From the NCBI GenBank assembly GCA_963631525.1, contig CAVGQQ010000002.1, positions 35,843-99,842 of the forward strand: a stretch of 64,000 nucleotides of DNA. The letters are read 5' to 3'. Source of the DNA: a bacterium (GTDB lineage: Bacteria > Bacillota > Clostridia > Lachnospirales > Lachnospiraceae). The first letter of the stretch is position 1, and the number at the start of each line of letters is the position of its first letter. The position numbers and the translations under genes are program-made. Shown here one piece after another: positions 49,606 to 58,439 of the stretch. A model generated the notes under the pieces. That model was not told where the DNA came from. It saw only the letters and a program-made list of their open reading frames with translations, and ran no database searches.

Positions 49606-50363
49606 GGAAAAATTATGTGAATGTCGAAGGCATCAGCAAAAGCTTCGGAGACACATGCATTTTGTCGGATATTCAGTTTCATGTATCAAAAGGCGAATTT
49701 ATATGTATCGTCGGGAGCAGCGGCTGTGGGAAAAGCACTCTTCTACGGAGTCTGTCCGGGTTAGATACGGATTATGAGGGACAGATTCTGGTAGATAAAA
49801 AAGAAGTGACAAAGCCGACGAAAAAAATCGGTTATATCTTTCAGGAGAACCGGTTGTTTCCGTGGATGACTGTGGAGGAAAATGTAGGCTTTTCTCTGGA
49901 TAGCGGTAGCAGGGAAGAAAGAAGAAATAAGGTGCGCGAGGCAATCCGGATGGTTGGACTGGAACCGGCTGCAAAGCAATATCCGAAGACACTATCCGGA
50001 GGTATGGCGCAACGCGCCAACATAGCGCGGACACTTGTGAACAAGCCAGAGGTTTTGTTGTTGGACGAACCATTTGGCGCGCTCGATGCTTTTACGAAAA
50101 TCAATCTTCAGGAGAAATTATGTGAGATCCGGAGTGTGGAAGGAACGACGATGATCATGGTGACACATGATATCGAAGAGGCGGTGTACCTTGCCGACCG
50201 GATCATCATTTTAGATAAAAATCCTGGTGTTATAAAGAAAATTGTGAACGTGGATCTGCCGAGACCAAGGGATCGGAATAGCAACTATTTTAATGATCTG
50301 CGCAAAGAGATTTATGGATACTTCTTCGAGACGAAAGAAATCGTGGAAGATTACAATATTTAG
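49593..50363 (+). CDS. Sulfonate/nitrate-type ABC ATP-binding protein (SsuB/TauB-like)
   Basis: GSSGCGKST, FQENRLFPW, LSGGMAQR, LDEPFGALDAFT; TTG start with GAGGAGG SD. Confidence 0.93.
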   Translation: MELLGKNYVNVEGISKSFGDTCILSDIQFHVSKGEFICIVGSSGCGKSTLLRSLSGLDTDYEGQILVDKKEVTKPTKKIGYIFQENRLFPWMTVEENVGFSLDSGSREERRNKVREAIRMVGLEPAAKQYPKTLSGGMAQRANIARTLVNKPEVLLLDEPFGALDAFTKINLQEKLCEIRSVEGTTMIMVTHDIEEAVYLADRIIILDKNPGVIKKIVNVDLPRPRDRNSNYFNDLRKEIYGYFFETKEIVEDYNI

Positions 50364-50372
50364 CAGGAGGAA

Positions 50373-51374
50373 ATGCATATGAGAAAAATGAGAAAATTAT
50401 TCGCATTGATGACGGGAGCGGTTTTGCTGGTAGGTATGATTTCCGGATGTGGCAAGGCTGAGAAAGCAGTGGATAAGGCGCAGACACAGACGTTAAATCT
50501 GGCGATTCAGCCAGCCGTCGGATTTCTGCCATTATATATTATGCGGGATGAGCAATTGATCGAGAAGGCGCTCGCAGATGCTGGCTATGATGTGAAAGTG
50601 ACCTATACAGAATACGAATCTGGTCCACCGGAAAACGAAGCATTTGCGGCAGGGCTTGTAGATATCGGAATCATGGGAAATGTACCGGCGCTGTCAGGAA
50701 TTGCATCCGGACAGGACAGAAAGCTGATTGGGATTGCATATAACGGAGAGGCGACGGAGGCGATTATCGTGCCAAAGGATTCAGATATAAAAACGGTTGC
50801 AGATTTGAAGGGGAAGAAGATTGGATTGGTAGTCGGCTCCATCGCGCAGAATCTGGTATCAGCAGTATTCGAGGAAAATAATCTGAAATTCAGTGACGTA
50901 GAATTTGTGAATCTGTCTGCCGGAGAGCAGCCGCAGGCACTTGCAAATGGACAGGTCGATGCGGTAGCGGTATGGGAGCCTACGATTTCCAAACTGACGG
51001 CAGATGGAAGTAATGTGGTACTGGCAGATGGAACCGGCGTATTTCTGGGTGAGAATCCGATTATCGCAAGGGGCGAATACATAGAGAAGAATCCGGAGAT
51101 CGTTCAGATCTATATGGATACCTATAAGAAAGCAGCAGAGCTGCTGGCAGCGGACACGGAAAAATATGCGGAGCAATACAGTGATTATTTTGGATTGGAT
51201 ACATCCATTATACGTTCGGCTCTGGCAAATGCGAAGCAACCGATCGCAATTACAGATGCGGATGTGACAGATCTTCAGAAGACGGCAGATTTCCTCAAGA
51301 GTGAAAATCTGGCAACAAAGGAGATCAAGGTGGAAGACTATGTTGATTTCACATTTAGTGAAGGCTTGAAGTAA
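50373..51374 (+). CDS. Aliphatic sulfonate-type ABC substrate-binding lipoprotein (SsuA-like)
   Basis: Lipobox ISGC, ESGPP.NEA..AG.VDIG, DLKGKKIG, GQVDAVAVWEP. Confidence 0.88.
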   Translation: MHMRKMRKLFALMTGAVLLVGMISGCGKAEKAVDKAQTQTLNLAIQPAVGFLPLYIMRDEQLIEKALADAGYDVKVTYTEYESGPPENEAFAAGLVDIGIMGNVPALSGIASGQDRKLIGIAYNGEATEAIIVPKDSDIKTVADLKGKKIGLVVGSIAQNLVSAVFEENNLKFSDVEFVNLSAGEQPQALANGQVDAVAVWEPTISKLTADGSNVVLADGTGVFLGENPIIARGEYIEKNPEIVQIYMDTYKKAAELLAADTEKYAEQYSDYFGLDTSIIRSALANAKQPIAITDADVTDLQKTADFLKSENLATKEIKVEDYVDFTFSEGLK

Positions 51375-51385
51375 GGAGGCAGTCT

Positions 51386-52666
51386 ATGGTAGAAGCAAGA
51401 GACAAAGAATGGCGGAAAAAAGAACCATCTTTAAGGGAAGTAACACAGAAATATCCGGACATGCCGGCAAGCTGGATCTTAAAAGCAGATATCCAGAGAC
51501 GGGGACTCTGGTATGCACCGAATGCAGTTGCACAGATTGATCCGGCGGTGCACGCAGTCCATCAGGATGGAAAAGATCTGTTCCGTAACAGTGTGGATTT
51601 TGTACCGGAAGGATTGATCTGGAATGATGGAAGCTATCTGATTGCGAACTTTGATTTTGACCAGGAGCATCCGGCAAGAGATCCATATATTGTTGATTTT
51701 GTCGATGGAAAATATGTGATTATAGATGAAGGTGATATTCTCTCGGATTTTCAGGGATTTTGGGAGAAGCCGGATTTCTATAACAAAAAAGCATCCAACG
51801 GAGAACCGTTAAGCACTTATGTGCAGGCAAGACCGCAGCGTATAGAAGTCAGTGTAAATAAATACTGCCATTTCTGGGATTGCCCGAAGGAAGGCTGCAA
51901 ATACTGCCCGCTTTCCCCATCCTTCAAAGCGAGTGGAGCAACGGAGGAACAAAGCGAGCTTCAATATATGCGGGAGGCTTTCGAGGAGGCATTTAAGCAG
52001 AAGGGCAGATTTACGCAGGTTCTGTTGACTGGTGGTTCGATTCTGTCCGGTGAGGAATTATTTGATGATGAACTGGAGAGCTATATCCGGGTGTTGAAGA
52101 TGATAGGCGAGTTCTTCCCGGGAAGAAGGTTTCCATCGCAGTTGATCTCGTCTGCATTCAGTGAGCGACAATTAGAGCGGCTGTATAATGAAACGGGACT
52201 CACGATGTACACGACAGACATTGAGGTATTTGACAAGGAAAAATTCAACTGGATCTGCTCGGGAAAAGCGAATAAGCTTGGGTATGACGAGTGGAAACGC
52301 CGGTTAATTGCAGCGGTTGATATATTTGGACAGGGGAATGTAACATCTGGTGCCGTGCTTGGAACCGAGCTTGCGACACCGCATGGATTTATCTCGGAGG
52401 ATGAAGCATATGAGCATGTTGTCGAGGAAGCAGAGAGCATCATATCGCACGGCATCGCGCTCGCTGCCAATATATGGCGACCGACGCCGAAATCAATCTT
52501 CCAGAATCAGGTTTCTCCGACGCTTGATTATTTTGTAAGGGTGTACAGGGAGTTTGACCGCTTACAGCGAAAATACATCACGAATCCATATAACGATGAT
52601 TTCCGGCGATGCGGTGCACATGTAGGACTGGATCTGATGCGGACATATGAGGAGGTGCAGCGATGA
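51386..52666 (+). CDS. Radical SAM protein with non-canonical Cys motif
   Basis: CHFWDCPKEGCKYC (CX9CX2C or CX4CX2C), LTGGS (GGE-equivalent), DIEVFD..F..ICSGK. Confidence 0.8.
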   Translation: MVEARDKEWRKKEPSLREVTQKYPDMPASWILKADIQRRGLWYAPNAVAQIDPAVHAVHQDGKDLFRNSVDFVPEGLIWNDGSYLIANFDFDQEHPARDPYIVDFVDGKYVIIDEGDILSDFQGFWEKPDFYNKKASNGEPLSTYVQARPQRIEVSVNKYCHFWDCPKEGCKYCPLSPSFKASGATEEQSELQYMREAFEEAFKQKGRFTQVLLTGGSILSGEELFDDELESYIRVLKMIGEFFPGRRFPSQLISSAFSERQLERLYNETGLTMYTTDIEVFDKEKFNWICSGKANKLGYDEWKRRLIAAVDIFGQGNVTSGAVLGTELATPHGFISEDEAYEHVVEEAESIISHGIALAANIWRPTPKSIFQNQVSPTLDYFVRVYREFDRLQRKYITNPYNDDFRRCGAHVGLDLMRTYEEVQR

Positions 52667-53118
52667 GTGTGTTAAATAAAGAATTGACAGAGTGGATCAA
52701 TGATCCGACGTCCTTGAAATCACTGGCAACCGTAAGTCGGGAAGGAGTTCCGCATGTGGCATATAAGGGAAGCCTGCATGTGGAGGATGATCATATCGTA
52801 TTTTATGATCTGATCCAGAGTTCCCAGACCAATAAAAATCTGGTGCATGCAATCTGGTTTAACGGAACTGTCGCTGTCAATATTTTGACAGTGGATAAGC
52901 GGAGCTTCTTAATCCTTGGAAAACCGGTGAAATCTGTGACGGCAGGGAAAGGCTTTGAGAAAGTGTATGTAAAGATGCAGGAAGAAAAAGGAACCGATGT
53001 GGAACTGTCTGCAATCTGGTATATCGAGCCTTTGCAGATTCGGGAGGAAACCTATGCGGCAAGACGGGATGAGGAAGAACACAAATATCCATATATCCGC
53101 CATCTGGACAGAGTGTGA
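52663..53118 (+). CDS. Pyridoxamine 5'-phosphate oxidase-like FMN-binding protein
   Basis: LATVSREGVPHV, SQTNKNL; ATGA overlap with the radical SAM stop. Confidence 0.8.
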   Translation: MSVLNKELTEWINDPTSLKSLATVSREGVPHVAYKGSLHVEDDHIVFYDLIQSSQTNKNLVHAIWFNGTVAVNILTVDKRSFLILGKPVKSVTAGKGFEKVYVKMQEEKGTDVELSAIWYIEPLQIREETYAARRDEEEHKYPYIRHLDRV

Positions 53119-53209
53119 GAATGTGCTTGCAGATTTTACCAAAATCGTCTACAATAATACCATACTAAACAAGTAGGATAAATAGGAATACAAAAAGAAG
53201 GGATGTAGG

Positions 53210-54283
53210 ATGTCTGTAATACAAATCGCGAAAATGGCTGGAACCTCGCCGGCGACGGTTTCGAGAATACTGAATAATCCGGAGTATCATTGTTCAGATC
53301 CTGCAGTCCGGGATAAGGTGTGGAAGGCTGCAATGGAGCTTAATTATGTGCCAAATGAAGCAGCCCGCAATCTGAAACGGGGAACGGAAATCGCGCAGGA
53401 TAAAGTGCGCTATATACAGGTGCTAATGACACGGACTGAGCAAAGCAACACAGATCCTTTCTTTACAGAGGTGTTGCGTGTGGTGGAATCGGAGATCCAC
53501 AGGAATTCCTGCATATTATCCCATGTCTGGTATATGTCTGTCTTTTCGAACGACAAACAGTGCCGGTTAAATAATCTGAATCATCTGGTGGAAGATCTGC
53601 ATCAGGAAACCGAAGGAAAAAGTGATGGCCTGATCGTGATCGGACGATGCAACAAGGAGGCTTTGCGTTATCTGAAGCAGCGGTTTAAGAATCTGGTGTC
53701 GATCAACCGGAATTCCACGAACCGGGAGATCGATGAGGTAACCTGCGATGGCAGAAAAATAGCGACAACAGCGGTGGAGTATCTGGTTGAAAAGGGACAC
53801 AACGATATTGGTTATGTCGGGGAATGTCACGGCGAGTCCCGTTATAAAGGATATGTGGATACCCTGATGCGGCATGAATTAGAACTTAATCCAGCTTATA
53901 TATTTGAGACTAAACAGACGGAAAAAGCAGGGTTTGAGATCATGGAAAAGATACTAAAATCCGACGATATTCCAACTGCAATCTACTGTGCCAATGATAT
54001 TACTGCGATCGGTATGCTCAAAGCATTGGAGAAAATCAAGAAGAAATATTTTAATATTTCTATCATTTCCAGTGATGATATTGAACAGGCGCAGTTTACA
54101 AAACCGATGCTTACGACGGTTGCCCTGCCAAAGGTGGAGATGGGGAGATTCGCGGTATATCTGCTCATAGACCGAATCAATGGAAACCATGCTTCTGTCA
54201 CGACGATGGAGCTCGAAGGACGGCTGGTTATCCGTGAGAGCTGTGTCGACATTCAGGATAGCTGGTGGAATTATTCGATTTAA
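53210..54283 (+). CDS. LacI family transcriptional regulator
   Basis: IAKMAGTSPATVSRILN, YVPNEAARNL, PTAIYCAND, PMLTTV. Confidence 0.93.
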   Translation: MSVIQIAKMAGTSPATVSRILNNPEYHCSDPAVRDKVWKAAMELNYVPNEAARNLKRGTEIAQDKVRYIQVLMTRTEQSNTDPFFTEVLRVVESEIHRNSCILSHVWYMSVFSNDKQCRLNNLNHLVEDLHQETEGKSDGLIVIGRCNKEALRYLKQRFKNLVSINRNSTNREIDEVTCDGRKIATTAVEYLVEKGHNDIGYVGECHGESRYKGYVDTLMRHELELNPAYIFETKQTEKAGFEIMEKILKSDDIPTAIYCANDITAIGMLKALEKIKKKYFNISIISSDDIEQAQFTKPMLTTVALPKVEMGRFAVYLLIDRINGNHASVTTMELEGRLVIRESCVDIQDSWWNYSI

Positions 54284-54339
54284 GATTCAAACTTATAATA
54301 GAAAAGTCCAGAATGTAAATCAAAGCAACAATTTAAGTG

Positions 54340-54394
54340 AATCAACCGGAAAAACTGTGAATGAAAAGACCAGTCGTTTCCGGTTGATTTTTTT
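54340..54394 (+). terminator. Putative terminator hairpin
   Basis: AATCAACCGGAAA...TTTCCGGTTGATT followed by Ts. Confidence 0.6.
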
Positions 54395-54465
54395 AGGTTT
54401 CTATTGTATGTTTGACATAATTTGAAGGCAGGAATCTCATAATACAATAGAAAGAGAGTGAAGCA

Positions 54466-55137
54466 ATGAATATATTTGATGTCGTAGGACCTGTGATGGT
54501 CGGACCGTCGAGCTCCCATACCGCAGGTGCTGTAAAAATAGGATATATCAGTCGGAAGCTGCTGGGCGAACAGCCGGTTTCCGCGCGGATTTTGTTATAT
54601 GGAAGCTTTCTGACAACCGGAAAAGGACATGGTACACGGAAAGCACTTGTGGCTGGTTTGCTTGGAATGCAGCCGGACGATGCGCGGATTCCGCAGGCGT
54701 TGGAGCTTGCCGAAGAACAGGGCATACAGATCGAATTTGGAGAGGCGCAGTTAAAGGAAGCGCACCCAAACACGGCGCAGCTTTTTCTGCAGGGGCAGGA
54801 TGGCAGAAGCCTGGAGATCATCGGGCAGTCACTGGGCGGCTCCCGGATTAATATTGCTGAGATCGATGGAATCGAGACGAATTTCTCCGGTGATTATCCG
54901 ACACTTGTTGTACACAATCAGGATCAGCCGGGACACGTGGCAGAAGTAACGTCGATGCTTTCGCACAAAGGCGTGAACATTGCGTACATGCAGTTGTACC
55001 GTTCCAGCCGTGGCGGAGAGGCGGTTATGGTCGTGGAATGTGATCAGGAAATTCCGAAGGAGGGCATTGACTGGTTGAAGAAAGTCGAGGGTGTGAAGAA
55101 GGTGACATACCTTAGTATAGGAGGCGATGCGAAATGA
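54466..55137 (+). CDS. sdaAB: L-serine dehydratase, Fe-S dependent, beta subunit
   Basis: GPVMVGPSSSHTAGA, TGKGHGT, HPNT, C-terminal ACT domain. Confidence 0.95.
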   Translation: MNIFDVVGPVMVGPSSSHTAGAVKIGYISRKLLGEQPVSARILLYGSFLTTGKGHGTRKALVAGLLGMQPDDARIPQALELAEEQGIQIEFGEAQLKEAHPNTAQLFLQGQDGRSLEIIGQSLGGSRINIAEIDGIETNFSGDYPTLVVHNQDQPGHVAEVTSMLSHKGVNIAYMQLYRSSRGGEAVMVVECDQEIPKEGIDWLKKVEGVKKVTYLSIGGDAK

Positions 55138-56000
55138 TAACGTATCATTCGATTCAGGATATATTGGAGCTGTGCGAGAAAGAACAGATGGAGTTCTGGC
55201 AGGTGATCGAACACGCGGATATGGAAGAACGTGCGGTAACAGAAGAGGCTTCCTATGCGAAGATGCAGAGCATGTATGAGGCGATGCGGCATGCGGATGC
55301 AACCTATGATGCAAAGCTTACATCAGCCTCCGGTCTGGTTGGCGGCGATGGCGAGAAGCTTCGCGCATACAACGAAGCGGGGAAGAATCTCTGCGGCGAC
55401 TTCTTAGGTCTGGTGATGGAGAAGGCAATCAAGATGGCAGAAGGAAATGCATGCATGCGCCGGATCGTTGCGGCGCCGACGGCGGGTTCGTGCGGCGTGA
55501 TTCCGGCAGTGTTCCTGACGGCAGAGGAGAAGCTTGCGTGTTCGGAAGAACAGATGGTGGCTGCGATGTACATTTCCGCAGGGGTAGGTGCCGTGATTGC
55601 GGAAAATGCTTCGATTGCCGGGGCGTCTGGCGGCTGTCAGGCAGAGATCGGTTCTGCATCTGCGATGGCAGCGGCAGGGCTATGCTTCCTGCAGGGAGGC
55701 ACGAACGAGATGATTGCAAATGCGGCCGCGCTGGCGCTTAAAAATATGCTTGGCCTTGCCTGTGATCCGGTCTGCGGGTTAGTGGAAGTGCCATGTGTGA
55801 AACGGAATGTCGCCGGAGCTGTCAACGCGGTAAGTGCGGCACAGCTATCTTTGGCAGGAATCAAGAGCGCGATTCCTGTGGATGAAGTGATCGATGCAAT
55901 GCGTAGAATCGGAAATGAAATGTCTCCGAACATAAAAGAAACGGGTCAGGGTGGACTTGCAACCACCCCGACCGCGATTCAAATAGGAAAGAGTTTATAA
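55134..56000 (+). CDS. sdaAA: L-serine dehydratase, Fe-S dependent, alpha subunit
   Basis: APTAGSCG, GGCQAEIG, GLACDPV.GLVEVPCVKRN. Confidence 0.95.
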   Translation: MITYHSIQDILELCEKEQMEFWQVIEHADMEERAVTEEASYAKMQSMYEAMRHADATYDAKLTSASGLVGGDGEKLRAYNEAGKNLCGDFLGLVMEKAIKMAEGNACMRRIVAAPTAGSCGVIPAVFLTAEEKLACSEEQMVAAMYISAGVGAVIAENASIAGASGGCQAEIGSASAMAAAGLCFLQGGTNEMIANAAALALKNMLGLACDPVCGLVEVPCVKRNVAGAVNAVSAAQLSLAGIKSAIPVDEVIDAMRRIGNEMSPNIKETGQGGLATTPTAIQIGKSL

Positions 56001-56021
56001 TTGTGAAGAAATATTTATTGT

Positions 56022-58262
56022 TTAAGGCTGTGTGACAGCATAATCCGAAAAGCTTGTGGTCGATTCGGCGTCACTTGTATCAACGGAGGTACTGTAGCTG
56101 TCGACGGTGATCGTATAGCTGCTTGTACCCTGTACATAGACTGTGCCATCGGTACCGACAATCGTAACGGTCTTGCCGCTTGCATCGGTGATCGTTCCGG
56201 CACAGTAGAGATTTGTCAGTGTGCTGTCTCCAGTTACTGTCCAGGTGCTTCCTTTTTCGATATAGACATTGCAGTAGCCGTCGCCGCCATTTCCGGCATA
56301 GGTCTCATCGTCGGTAATGGCACCTGTGAGTGTGCTTTCACCGGTCATGTAGAAATCAAGCTGGCTGATGGAATCCCAGATCACGTCGCCTTCCATAGCC
56401 TGATCGATGGCAGTGAATTTACAATCGGCACCGTTGGAACCGGAAGTTCCCCAGCCACGCTGGTTGTTGTTGCCGGTACAACGAAGGAAGAAGTCGTTGT
56501 CATCCGCATAGGTGATGTCTACATCATTTAAGATAAATGTGGACTCGGTATTGGTCGTGTAGAACATACCGCCATTTTTCGCAGTCAGGCTGCCGCCGTC
56601 CATCTCAAATGTACTGTTACCAACTTCTGAATCACCAGACATGCTCTGGTATAAAATCACATTCCAAGTGCAGTCGTTCTGACTGTCGTCTGACATATTT
56701 CCGGTCAGATCGGTATCAAACAAACGAAGTGAATTTAATCCCTCGATACAGACCGCTTCGGAACCATTTGCGGTAAGCGTTGCATCGTTGATGGCGATAT
56801 CAGCAGTGCTGTATACGGCAGGGGAACCCGTTCCGTTTGAGGTATAGGTTCCGCCATCGACAACCATCGTTCCGCCGCCACGATCGCTACGGATAGCGGC
56901 AGAGGAGTTACCGTCTGTCTCTACATTGAGATCCCATGCGTAGAGGGTTCCACCGCCAGCCGCGTGGATACCACCGGCTGTATTTCCGGTAGTCTTAATT
57001 GTGGAATCGGAGATGTAGACCGTACCGTCACCGTAGGCAAATGCGCCAGCAGCACCGTCGGCATCGGTTGTGATCGTACTGTTCGTAATCGTTGTCTGTC
57101 CGTCGGTTGTAAGGATTGCTGCACCGACACCATAGAAGCTGGAATTATCGCCGCCGCTGCTTTCTTCGGAAGATCTTGTGACGGTAATGTTATTCAGCTT
57201 TACATTTGCGCCATCGTACACATGGATGGCGTTTTCGTCGGTGCCTGTGGACTCAAATGTCTCGCCGTCCACGTCAGCATCGGTTGTATATTCCGAGACA
57301 GCATCGTAGCTTTCCACTCCACCGGAGTTTCCGCCGCCCGGCTGTCCCGGAGCACCTCCACCAGCATTTCCATTCGAAATCACAATGACGGTTACGGTTC
57401 CGCCATCATCGAAGGTTACCTGTATTGTGTCACCGACTTGGATATCTGTCAGGGATGCGTCGGTGGAAGTTGCCATGTCACCACCCGGAGCATTACCGGA
57501 AGGAGCTTCGCCGTCTGGCATTTCCGGAGGCGTGTTGCTGTCAGAATTGTTATCGGAATTGCTGTCACCAGACTGCCCACCGTTACCAGAAGGGGCTTCG
57601 CCATCTGGTTTCTCCGGAGGCGTGTTGCTGTCGGAACTGCTGTCATCAGACTGTCCGCCATTATCAGAAGGTGCTTCACCATCTGGTTTCTCCGGAGGCG
57701 TGTTGCTGTCGGAACTGCTGTCATCAGACTGTCCGCCATTATCAGAAGGTGCTTCACCATCTGGTTTCTCCGGAGGCGTGTTGCTGTCGGAACTGCTGTC
57801 ATCAGACTGTCCGCCATTATCAGAAGGAGCTTCGCCATTCGGCATTTCCGGAGGTGTGTTGCTGTCTGAACTGTTATCACCAGACTGTCCGCCGTTATCG
57901 GAAGGAGCTTCACCATCCGGCATCTCCGGTGGAGTATTGGAACTGTCATCGCCAGACATTTCTGGTGGCTGTCCCATGCCCTCGCGGGTAATCTCTACAT
58001 CATCATTTACGGTAAAGGAGATGTCATCCTCTTCGCCTTCCGGTGTCATGGAAATCGTATCACCATCAATCTCGGTTACCTCACCGGAGATTGTCTGTCC
58101 TGCATAGCTGTTTCCTTCCTTGACTGCCTCCGTCGGTGTTGCCTCACTGGTTGTTGTCGATTCTGTTTTATTTGCACATCCGCCAAGCAGGGCAGTTGCA
58201 AGCATCGTTACTGTTACAAGTGGTAAAATGGATTTTTTCTTCATAAAATCACGTCCTTTCAA
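56022..58262 (-). CDS. Lipoprotein with acidic Pro/Gly repeats and a C-terminal beta-helix (adhesin/carbohydrate-binding-like) domain
   Basis: Lipobox LGGC; SFYGVGAAIL, SAAIRSDRGGG, SPAVYST, WTVTGDSTLTNL beta-helix-type repeats. Confidence 0.75.
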   Translation of the reverse strand: MKGRDFMKKKSILPLVTVTMLATALLGGCANKTESTTTSEATPTEAVKEGNSYAGQTISGEVTEIDGDTISMTPEGEEDDISFTVNDDVEITREGMGQPPEMSGDDSSNTPPEMPDGEAPSDNGGQSGDNSSDSNTPPEMPNGEAPSDNGGQSDDSSSDSNTPPEKPDGEAPSDNGGQSDDSSSDSNTPPEKPDGEAPSDNGGQSDDSSSDSNTPPEKPDGEAPSGNGGQSGDSNSDNNSDSNTPPEMPDGEAPSGNAPGGDMATSTDASLTDIQVGDTIQVTFDDGGTVTVIVISNGNAGGGAPGQPGGGNSGGVESYDAVSEYTTDADVDGETFESTGTDENAIHVYDGANVKLNNITVTRSSEESSGGDNSSFYGVGAAILTTDGQTTITNSTITTDADGAAGAFAYGDGTVYISDSTIKTTGNTAGGIHAAGGGTLYAWDLNVETDGNSSAAIRSDRGGGTMVVDGGTYTSNGTGSPAVYSTADIAINDATLTANGSEAVCIEGLNSLRLFDTDLTGNMSDDSQNDCTWNVILYQSMSGDSEVGNSTFEMDGGSLTAKNGGMFYTTNTESTFILNDVDITYADDNDFFLRCTGNNNQRGWGTSGSNGADCKFTAIDQAMEGDVIWDSISQLDFYMTGESTLTGAITDDETYAGNGGDGYCNVYIEKGSTWTVTGDSTLTNLYCAGTITDASGKTVTIVGTDGTVYVQGTSSYTITVDSYSTSVDTSDAESTTSFSDYAVTQP
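57493..57932 (-). repeat. 78-bp coding tandem repeat, about 6 copies (PPEKPDGEAPSDNGGQSDDSSSDSNT)
   Basis: Central copies are near-identical at DNA level. Confidence 0.9.
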
Positions 58263-58290
58263 ATTCGTTTTGTTTTTGTTTACAATACGA

Positions 58291-58325
58291 AGTATAGGGG
58301 ACGAACCTTAAATCAACCTTAGAAA
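58291..58325 (-). promoter_or_regulatory. Second TAAGGT-N5-TAAGGT box plus TATACT -10
   Basis: Reverse complement TTTCTAAGGTTGATTTAAGGTTCGTCCCCTATACT; 28/35 identical to 43981-44015. Confidence 0.7.
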
Positions 58326-58439
58326 TAAAATGTCGATAATAATTTCTTGTCTTTTTCAATGAAAAAAAATATACTTTTACCATAGAGGGAAAATTCGACA
58401 CCTTTATAGAATATGCGGATAGAGAATTGGAGGAATTGT

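Noticed and set aside
56964..58107. Long plus-strand ORFs with repeats
   Set aside because: Antisense shadows of the 78-bp repeat lipoprotein gene.
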